The notes under the pieces: generated by a model
What the model saw: only the letters and a program-made list of their open reading frames with translations
Told to the model about the DNA's origin: nothing
Database searches by the model: none
Assembly: GCA_030408475.1 (NCBI GenBank)
Contig: JAUHQG010000042.1
Location: 1 to 60,898, forward strand
Direction of reading: 5' to 3'
Origin: Candidatus Amphrikana amoebophyrae
Lineage (GTDB): Bacteria > Chlamydiota > Chlamydiia > Chlamydiales > JACRBE01
Length of the DNA: 60,898 bases
Translations under genes and position numbers: made by a program
In this document: piece after piece, positions 37,620 through 45,145 of the stretch
How the letters are laid out: each line of letters starts with the position of its first letter
Numbering within the stretch: position 1 is the first letter of the stretch

Positions 37620-38393
37620 TTAATTGCGAATGCCAAATTGATTTCCCGATTCATACCTTTTTAACCCTCTATAAAAAATTAAAAAGGCAAGGCTAGCAAA
37701 GATAGAGGCGCTACAAAGCATCCAAGCTAATTTTATCCATGTAAAGCCACGTAGCAGCTCGACTGGGATATAACCAATCACTCCAGCAGGAATAAGGGTA
37801 AACATAACGAGTTGCATCATCCCCGAGTAAATATTAGTCGGATATAAAATGAAGAGAAACAAAGAATCACAATACTTCTTAGAAACAGTTTCAATTGAGC
37901 CGAGCCAAAAGGCAAGGCTATGAGCAATAACAGTCATGGAAGAGAAAACAATCGCTCCACATAACATGCTTAAAATAATCAAGATAGAGCTTTGAATGTA
38001 AAGCGGCTTTACATTGAAGAGTAAAATTAAGCCGGTAAAAAGGTGTCCCCACCCTTTAACAATGGAAGCAGAGCCTGCTAAATGGAGCAGCAGATTTTTA
38101 GGCTGTGTCATATAAGGATCGAGATCGCCATCCATGATATTGCGAGAGAGTCGACGAATACCGCCAAAGCAAATTTGGTTTAAGCCGTAGGCGCCAGTAC
38201 CGACAGACATCAAAACGAGCATATCATTAAAGTTCCACTCACCCACAGTTTTAAATTGGCGAAAGAAAAACCACCAGATGGAAAAGAAGATAAAGTTATT
38301 TAAGATCATCAATGACGATTGCATGATAAAAGAGGCTCGATTACTCATGGCAGAGCGCATACCCACTTTAAGTAATGAGAAAAAAAACTTCAT
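37620..38393 (-). CDS. ABC-2 family permease (DUF990-like)
   Basis: About 6 TM; GDLDPYMTQP; C-terminal GLKRYESG. Confidence 0.88.
   Translation of the reverse strand: MKFFFSLLKVGMRSAMSNRASFIMQSSLMILNNFIFFSIWWFFFRQFKTVGEWNFNDMLVLMSVGTGAYGLNQICFGGIRRLSRNIMDGDLDPYMTQPKNLLLHLAGSASIVKGWGHLFTGLILLFNVKPLYIQSSILIILSMLCGAIVFSSMTVIAHSLAFWLGSIETVSKKYCDSLFLFILYPTNIYSGMMQLVMFTLIPAGVIGYIPVELLRGFTWIKLAWMLCSASIFASLAFLIFYRGLKRYESGNQFGIRN
37995..38015. repeat. 21-bp palindrome copy inside the permease CDS
   Basis: AATGTAAAGCGGCTTTACATT; reads as seven whole codons NVKPLYI on the coding strand. Confidence 0.88.
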
Positions 38394-39218
38394 TTAGCCC
38401 CCCTCAATATGAACAATTTTAACCCCTTTTCTATAAGCAACCATAGAAATAGTAGTAGCGAACAGCCCCCAAAATAATAGATGTAAAGCCAAGTTGAAAG
38501 CTAAATGCCAAGAGAAGCCTAAAGTGAGAGCAGACCTTGCCCCTAAAATAGAAGGAAATGGGGTAAATAGAGCCACCTTTTGAATCCAAAGGGGATAGAC
38601 AGAGAGAGGTAAGATGAGACCACCTAATAGATATAAAAACTTTTCCCAGATCCAGGTAAAAGGGGTGATGTCTTTGAGCCAAAAAGCGCTAAGACCAATG
38701 GCCATATGAAAGATTAAACCCACAATGCCAGAAGCAACACCAAATAATAAAGAGAGGATAAATGCGCTCATTGAAAATGGCAAAAAGCCAATTTTAAGCC
38801 AAGTGAAGCCAAAACAAATGATGCCTAAAATAATCAAATTAGCTGTGAGTCTACCAGCTCCTTCAAAGAAAATAGCGCCCAGATAAGAGATGGGCCTTGG
38901 TAAATGATAAGCAAGTCTACCAGATCTTAAATCGTGTTCCATATCTGAATGAACATCAGGAATGGCAATGAGTATCCATTCATTAAAAGCGATATACCAA
39001 AGCAATTGATTGGGATCGAAAGAAACGAGCCCTTTTTTAGCAGCAGCCACCTTCCATAAATGGGCAAATATCAAAAGACAAGCAATTAAAAAGATACTGA
39101 GGCCAAATAACGCTTTATAATTCTTAATAGCATGACAAAATGAGATGCGATAAAAGGTCCAATACTTATCCATTTGCATAGACCTGTCGAATAATTTCAT
39201 CCATTGAAGGGTCATCAA
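38394..39218 (-). CDS. ABC-2 family permease (DUF990-like)
   Basis: About 6 TM; SGRLAYHLPRPISY; GG..LPL..YP; C-terminal EGG; true start may be MQMDK/MDK. Confidence 0.88.
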   Translation of the reverse strand: MMTLQWMKLFDRSMQMDKYWTFYRISFCHAIKNYKALFGLSIFLIACLLIFAHLWKVAAAKKGLVSFDPNQLLWYIAFNEWILIAIPDVHSDMEHDLRSGRLAYHLPRPISYLGAIFFEGAGRLTANLIILGIICFGFTWLKIGFLPFSMSAFILSLLFGVASGIVGLIFHMAIGLSAFWLKDITPFTWIWEKFLYLLGGLILPLSVYPLWIQKVALFTPFPSILGARSALTLGFSWHLAFNLALHLLFWGLFATTISMVAYRKGVKIVHIEGG

Positions 39219-40146
39219 TCATCATATCTTTTAAAACCGTGATCTTTAAAGCTTCATTCACCAACTTACCCACATCGACTTCACATGTATCGAGTTCACA
39301 AACAAAATTATAGTTGTCATTTTCAATCACTTTAATACCGGCTAAATCTAAAGGCAATTTTTCCATCTCAGTGATAAGAGTGACTCTTTTTTTCACTACA
39401 TATTTGCGCTTTAATTCTGCTAAAGAGTTATCTAATATCATTTTGCCTTTATCTAAAACTATCACTCTGTCACATACTTGTTCAATATCAGCCGTATCAT
39501 GAGAAGTTAAAAACAAAGTTGTGCCAAAATTCTTTGATAAATCATTTAGCAAAGTACGAATTTTCAACTTTGCATTAATATCAAGTCCAATTGTAGGTTC
39601 ATCTAAGAAAAGAATTTTAGGCTTATGCAATAAAGACGCAACAATTTCACAACGCATTCTTTCGCCAAGCGATAAAGAGCGAACAGGCTTATCCAAAAGA
39701 TGGCCAATCTCAAATCCTTCCACTAATTCAGACAAATGACTTTTATATTCACTATCTTTTAACTCATAGATTTTGGCCAAAAGCTCAAACGTATCACGTG
39801 GAGGCAAGTGGTACCAAAGTTGGGATCTTTGACCGAAGACACAACCAATTTGGTAACCCAATTTATGACGCTCTTTCCAAGGTACCAGCCCAAGCACTTC
39901 CAATCGCCCACTAGAGGGCAATAAAATACCAGTTAACATCTTAATAGTAGTGGATTTGCCAGCGCCATTAGGCCCAATAAAGGCAACCCTCTCTCCTCTT
40001 GCAATCGAAAAAGAGATTTCTTCAATTGCATTAACTTGGCACACCTTAGCAGAAAACAACCGCTTTAGGGCTCCACCAACAGAGCTCGATGTTTGACGCA
40101 TCGAAAACGATTTCGTTAATTTTTGAACATGAAGTGCTTTTACCAA
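39166..40146 (-). CDS. ABC exporter ATP-binding subunit
   Basis: Walker A GPNGAGKST, VFGQRSQLW, LSLGERMR signature, LFLDEPTIGLD, TSHD. Confidence 0.95.
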   Translation of the reverse strand: MVKALHVQKLTKSFSMRQTSSSVGGALKRLFSAKVCQVNAIEEISFSIARGERVAFIGPNGAGKSTTIKMLTGILLPSSGRLEVLGLVPWKERHKLGYQIGCVFGQRSQLWYHLPPRDTFELLAKIYELKDSEYKSHLSELVEGFEIGHLLDKPVRSLSLGERMRCEIVASLLHKPKILFLDEPTIGLDINAKLKIRTLLNDLSKNFGTTLFLTSHDTADIEQVCDRVIVLDKGKMILDNSLAELKRKYVVKKRVTLITEMEKLPLDLAGIKVIENDNYNFVCELDTCEVDVGKLVNEALKITVLKDMMIDDPSMDEIIRQVYANG

Positions 40147-40191
40147 GCTAGGACCTTTTTTTTAGAATTCTTAAGATCCTAACAATCTATG

Positions 40192-40317
40192 CTAATAAAA
40201 TAAAGACTCTTCTTCCTCTTCCCAGGGAACCGAATACTCAAATACCTCATATTCCGTCATCCAATCGTCTAATACCATTCTCTGTGAGTCGATAAACTTA
40301 AACGCAAAACCAAGCAT
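40192..40317 (-). CDS. Unannotated 41-aa acidic/aromatic peptide
   Basis: AGGAGG-AATT-ATG; MLGFAFKFIDSQRMVLDDWMTEYEVFEYSVPWEEEEESLFY then TAG; 45 nt upstream of the ABC ATPase on the same strand. Confidence 0.6.
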   Translation of the reverse strand: MLGFAFKFIDSQRMVLDDWMTEYEVFEYSVPWEEEEESLFY

Positions 40318-40539
40318 AATTCCTCCTGGCTAAAAAAATGTTTCACAAGTCGCTTATTATAAATAACTTGCTCAATATAAAGTATCTATATAAGAGCTGT
40401 TGCTCTTGATCTTTTGATACACCCAATCAACAATTAGCTCAATACTTCTGTGAAAATATTTTAACCAATCATTGAAAATGAAATATCAAATATATAGTGT
40501 GCGATTATAAGGGTATTCAAATTAACCTTTTGCAGTTAA

Positions 40540-41886
40540 TTGTGGTTAATTACAAATTTTGGTAACAAAGTGACAATTTATAGTTCAGATGATCAAATCG
40601 ATGTAGCGAGTATAATACTAGCTGGAGGGAAAGGGACACGCCTGCACCCTTTAACACAAACACGCTGTAAGCCAGATGTACTATTTGGCGGGCGTTATCG
40701 TTTAATAGACATTCCGATATCTTCTTCTATCAATTCTAACATCAACAATATATTTGTTATTTCGCAGTATCTATCTTCTCATCTTAATCAGCATATTAAA
40801 GAGACATATTCTTTATCCGTTCATACCAAAACCAAAATTACAGCGCTCACTCCAGAAGAGAAAACAGATATTCAGACTTGGTATAATGGAACGGCTGATG
40901 CTGTGAGGAAAAATCTCGAACATATTTTAGAGATTGATGCCAAATATTACCTTATTTTATCTGGCGACCACCTTTATTCTATGGATCTTAGGCGCCTTCT
41001 TCGTTTTGCCGATGCTAAAGATGCCGACTTAACGATTGCTTCGATTCCTATCTGTAAAGAAGAAGCTTCTAGAATGGGTCTTTTAAAAATCAATTCCGAA
41101 AGTTACATCTCTGATTTTTTTGAAAAACCAACCGATGAAAAAGTTTTAGAGCGATTTAAAATGCCAAAAGAACTTTCCCATGGCTCTTTCTTCTCAAAAG
41201 ATCAAGAAGATAGTTATCTTGCCTCAATGGGCATCTATGTTTTTAAACGTAAAGTTTTAGTTGACTTGCTAGAGCAAGTGCAAGGGGATGATTTTGGCCA
41301 CGATATTATACCCCATTTTGTAGGAAAACAGGGGAAGACCGCGGCTTACATATATAATGGATATTGGGAAGACATTGGCACTATTTCATCATATTATAGA
41401 GCTTCAATGGAACTTTTATCACAAGAAATAGGTCTTAATTTCTATAATGACGCTAAGCCCATATATTCTCAAATTGTAAATCTACCCTGCCCTTTGATAA
41501 CCGATACCGTTGTTCGCAACTCTATTATTTGCGATGGATCGATCATTAAAGGAAAAGAGATTATCAATAGCATGATTGGGCTGCGCGCTTATATATTAGA
41601 AGGAAGTATTATTAAAGATTCAATCATCATGGGAAACCCCCATTATATGCATGAAAAAGGAGACCTCCCTACTGAAGTGGGTCACTTTACAGTGGGTCAA
41701 AACTGCTATATTGAAAAAGCAATCATTGATGAAGGGGCCCAAATTGGACATAATGTCAGACTAGTAAATAGTGAAAATATAGACCATCTAGATTGTGAAC
41801 ATATTTGTATTCGCGATGGGATCATTATTGTGAAAGCTGGTGCAAAAATCCCCGATCATACTACACTTGACTCTTTAGCAGCTTGA
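40540..41886 (+). CDS. glgC: Glucose-1-phosphate adenylyltransferase (start probably GTG 40570)
   Basis: ILAGGKGTRLHPLT, FGGRYRLIDIP, WYNGTADAVR, ASMGIYVF, DFGHDIIP, YWEDIGT. Confidence 0.96.
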   Translation: MWLITNFGNKVTIYSSDDQIDVASIILAGGKGTRLHPLTQTRCKPDVLFGGRYRLIDIPISSSINSNINNIFVISQYLSSHLNQHIKETYSLSVHTKTKITALTPEEKTDIQTWYNGTADAVRKNLEHILEIDAKYYLILSGDHLYSMDLRRLLRFADAKDADLTIASIPICKEEASRMGLLKINSESYISDFFEKPTDEKVLERFKMPKELSHGSFFSKDQEDSYLASMGIYVFKRKVLVDLLEQVQGDDFGHDIIPHFVGKQGKTAAYIYNGYWEDIGTISSYYRASMELLSQEIGLNFYNDAKPIYSQIVNLPCPLITDTVVRNSIICDGSIIKGKEIINSMIGLRAYILEGSIIKDSIIMGNPHYMHEKGDLPTEVGHFTVGQNCYIEKAIIDEGAQIGHNVRLVNSENIDHLDCEHICIRDGIIIVKAGAKIPDHTTLDSLAA

Positions 41887-41887
41887 A

Positions 41888-42289
41888 CTACTCTCGCCTA
41901 AAGGCAAGAGATTCTTGTTTCATAGCTCCCGCTCCACAAGCTTTACAACCGTAGTCCCTACGGCCTTTAAACATTGCTGCATTTACATCGCGATCTATTT
42001 TATTTCCACAACTACACTCAAGTATTCGATCTTTTAAGCTCAATTCGTGCCTTTGTCCACAATTATGACAATTTTTGGTACTTGGATAGAATTTATCAGC
42101 TTGTAAAAAGCCCTTTCCTGCATGACGTACTTTATACCAGTTTCGACTCTTTTTAGTTTTTCGAGATAGATCTCTACTTAAATATTGTAACTTTTTTAAA
42201 TCCTTTTTTAAAAATCGTGGGTTTTCAACTTTTTCAACTTCATTAAAAGCCCCTTTAGCAAAGGTAGCAAGTCCCATATCTATACCCAA
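41888..42289 (-). pseudogene. tnpB: TnpB fragment
   Basis: RuvC-I GIDMG, PSTKNCHNC..CSC zinc ribbon, RuvC-III DRDVNAA, tail ESLAFRRE; N-terminus and RuvC-II missing. Confidence 0.85.
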
Positions 42290-42290
42290 G

Positions 42291-42595
42291 GTGTTTATTA
42301 AAACCGTTTTGATTGAATTGGAGAAGATTTTCTCTAAATTAGTTGAACTTAATGGTGAGAATGACCATGTTCATTTACTGGTTAACTACCCTCCAAAAAT
42401 GTCTGTATCAAAACTAGTGAATTCTCTGAAAGGCGTTTGCTCTCGAATACTTCGAAAAAAAAAGTTCCCCTCAATTAAGTAACCTCTGCGTGAGGGAATG
42501 CACTTTGGTCTCCAAGCTATTTTTCTGCATCTTGTGGAGGAGCTCCTTTAGAAATCATACAACGCTATATCAAAAGCCAAGCATCGCCCAAGTAG
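42291..42595 (+). pseudogene. tnpA: Y1 (HUH) transposase TnpA fragment with stop and frameshift
   Basis: DHVHLL, NSLKG; after the TAA and a frameshift it continues GNALWSPSYFSASCGGAPLEIIQRYIKSQ; 5' end missing. Confidence 0.88.
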
Positions 42596-42763
42596 AAGCT
42601 CTTTGAGTTTCTAAAAGAGCCTCTGATTGATCTTGAGTCAATATAAGCTTTAGTGCTATAGTTCGCTTTATGGCGAATTCATTACAAAAACTTATTTTAT
42701 TTTACAACTAAAAGGAGTGGCAATTCCTCCTCGCCCTAAAGGATGAGGTTTCCTTGCCTAACA

Positions 42764-43555
42764 ATGATGACAAAACTTTGGGCTCTAGCCGACACTCATC
42801 TCTCTTTTGGTACACCCGATAAGAAAATGGATATTTTTGGAGACAAATGGAAAGACCATCCCGCTAAAATTGAAAAAAATTGGCGCCAAATAGTAGGTCC
42901 CGATGACATCGTGTTAATTGCAGGTGATATTTCATGGGGCAAACATATTGTTGATGCCATGCCTGATTTAGAATGGATAGACAAATTGCCGGGGCGAAAA
43001 ATCATCTCTAAAGGAAATCACGATTATTGGTGGACTTCTAATAGCAAAATGCTCAAAGCAATGCCCTCCTCCATTCAATTTGTTAATAAATCAGCTCTTG
43101 ATATCGATGAATATTCAATTGCTGGGACAAGACTTTGGGATCATATAACAATAAATTTTGGATCAAAAATCGACTTCCAAGTTAACCCTAAAGATACCCA
43201 TCCTGAGCCAAAAACTGAAGAAGAATTAGCTCATAATGAACGCATCTATGAAAGCGAGCTCGTCCGTTTAGAACTAGCCCTAAGCCAACTCAATCAAGAT
43301 AAAATCAAAGTCGCTATGGTTCACTATCCTCCGCTCTCTTTCGATTTGAAACCTTCTCCTACTACCCTTCTCCTAGAAAAATATAATGTCGATATTTGCG
43401 TTTTCGGTCACTTGCATAATGTAAAGCCAGATATCAAACTCTTTGATACCAATTTTAGAGGGATACATTATACCCTATCTTCTTGCGACTACTTACACTT
43501 TACGCCAATCGAATTAAAACCAAGTCAACACAAATCAAATATTGTAAGTAACTGA
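42764..43555 (+). CDS. Calcineurin-like metallophosphoesterase
   Basis: ADTHL, AGDISW, KGNHDYW, HYPP, FGHLH; start moved to ATG 42764, outside the IS end. Confidence 0.9.
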   Translation: MMTKLWALADTHLSFGTPDKKMDIFGDKWKDHPAKIEKNWRQIVGPDDIVLIAGDISWGKHIVDAMPDLEWIDKLPGRKIISKGNHDYWWTSNSKMLKAMPSSIQFVNKSALDIDEYSIAGTRLWDHITINFGSKIDFQVNPKDTHPEPKTEEELAHNERIYESELVRLELALSQLNQDKIKVAMVHYPPLSFDLKPSPTTLLLEKYNVDICVFGHLHNVKPDIKLFDTNFRGIHYTLSSCDYLHFTPIELKPSQHKSNIVSN

Positions 43556-43656
43556 TAATTAATGCGTTAGCTGTCTAATTGGAGCTTGAGCGCCTTTGGC
43601 ATCAGAAGCGAAGTGAAATACGCCCTGAAAGGGGGTGAGCAGTAAAAGCTGCGAAT

Positions 43657-43679
43657 CAATGTAAAGCCGCTTTACATTG
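43657..43679. repeat. 23-bp palindrome copy overlapping a gene end
   Basis: CAATGTAAAGCCGCTTTACATTG; supplies the final ATG-TAA of ORF 43672-44592. Confidence 0.88.
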
Positions 43680-44592
43680 GGAATTCAGCTGACTTCTTCT
43701 CTATTAATTCATGCAATAGTAAACGATGCTCATGTTTTGAATCTAAAGTATCTAGATAGCCAGAGGCTATTTTTATTAATTTAGCATATTGTAATTTATT
43801 GGCGACAAGAGATAATACTTTTGGAAACAGAGTAAAGAAAGTAAAAATTTCACCCTCTTTAAGTATAAAGTCGAGAAAATCACAAGCTAAATCTACATTG
43901 CCCTCTTCAACTAATTCGTCACTGAAAAGTGCCATCATTCCATCAGTCTCAACAGCATCAGATGCGAATATTAATTTCAGCTTTAAAAATTCAAGCTCTT
44001 GTTTATTGGTTACATAGTCTTCGTAACCTTCAATTAACTCCGAAGCGGCACTCTCTTCTTGATTTTCAATTAAATGACCAATGAAATCATATAAAAAGCT
44101 CTCTAAATCATGCGCTAAATATGAAGAAATATATTCCAATACTTCATTAGCCGATTGCTCTTCGTTTACAGATTCATCGATAATATCGACTAATTGATAC
44201 AAGTCAGAATAAAGATCTTCTGCAACTTCTCCATGACCATTATCATACTGTTCCATTAAATGGTCTAGCTCATCACATAAGATAGATAATGATTCTCGCC
44301 CTTTTAAGTGGCGTCGCCAAAGTTCAAACAGCAATAAATATATTTGCTCAGCCTGTGGCTGACTATATTCTGTTGAAACTAAATATTCTAAAAGCTCTTC
44401 AGGAGTATCCACACTTCTAGCAAAATGGGGGAAACTTTCATAATCAATAAATATCTTGAGATTACTTAAGCGGTCAAATATATCTTCATCGCTTAATTGG
44501 CGATAATTTTCTATTTGCCACTTTTTTACATTTCTTCTATCTACTTCCGTTAAACGGAGTAAATTATATAATGCTCTTCCTCGAATCTGCAC
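43672..44592 (-). CDS. Acidic hypothetical protein
   Basis: 306-aa ORF, GTG start; RALYNLLR..WQIENYR, YLLLFELWRR; function not recognised. Confidence 0.75.
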   Translation of the reverse strand: MQIRGRALYNLLRLTEVDRRNVKKWQIENYRQLSDEDIFDRLSNLKIFIDYESFPHFARSVDTPEELLEYLVSTEYSQPQAEQIYLLLFELWRRHLKGRESLSILCDELDHLMEQYDNGHGEVAEDLYSDLYQLVDIIDESVNEEQSANEVLEYISSYLAHDLESFLYDFIGHLIENQEESAASELIEGYEDYVTNKQELEFLKLKLIFASDAVETDGMMALFSDELVEEGNVDLACDFLDFILKEGEIFTFFTLFPKVLSLVANKLQYAKLIKIASGYLDTLDSKHEHRLLLHELIEKKSAEFPM

Positions 44593-44661
44593 TTAAAACC
44601 CGGGTTGTATTTATTTAAAAGTCATCTTTTGCTATTCTGGTTCAATTGTAATCCTATTCAT

Positions 44662-45099
44662 ATGTTCATGTCAAACCTGAAGAAAAAAAGAGCCTTTATT
44701 ATCGTTGAGATTCTCATCGCATTTTCAATTGTAGGTATTGTATTAACCGGTTTCTACACTTACTTTACTTATTTAACAAAATCACAAATTGCCTCTTTGC
44801 ATCAAACTCGATCAGATTTGCAAAGCGAACAAAATTTTATTTCGGCTCTATCTCAATTAACCAAAGATGACTTACGAGACCCAAATAAAATTGACCCCAT
44901 TTTTCTCAACAAAATAAAAGTAAACATAAGAGAAAAAAAACGTAAGTTTCCTTCTGATGGCTCCATAGTTCAAGATATTCAATTTAAATTCTATTCCATA
45001 CCCATCTTTAAAAAGGATAAGTCTAAACTAATCTACACTTACCCTCTTTTAGTTATTCAAACCCAAGTTGAGTCTAAAACCTATTCCAACTTGCATTAA
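44662..45099 (+). CDS. Prepilin/pseudopilin-like protein
   Basis: KKKRA-FIIVE-ILIAFSIVGIV: basic leader, Glu at +5, hydrophobic helix. Confidence 0.72.
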   Translation: MFMSNLKKKRAFIIVEILIAFSIVGIVLTGFYTYFTYLTKSQIASLHQTRSDLQSEQNFISALSQLTKDDLRDPNKIDPIFLNKIKVNIREKKRKFPSDGSIVQDIQFKFYSIPIFKKDKSKLIYTYPLLVIQTQVESKTYSNLH

Positions 45100-45145
45100 A
45101 ATTAATTTTTGCACATGGTGATGTTTTTTATAAATTTAGAGAAAT

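Larger units (their letters stand above)
41883..42757 (-). mobile_element. Internally deleted IS200/IS605-family element (divergent tnpA/tnpB remnants, both end hairpins retained)
   Basis: Right end GAATCTCTTGCCTTTAGGCGAGAGTAGTTCAA on the minus strand; left-end hairpin CCTCGCCC-TAAA-GGATGAGG; tnpB and tnpA fragments joined at about 42290. Confidence 0.85.

Noticed and set aside
42743-42763. ATG 42743 as the phosphoesterase start
   Set aside because: It lies inside the IS left-end hairpin; the reconstructed pre-insertion sequence points to ATG 42764.
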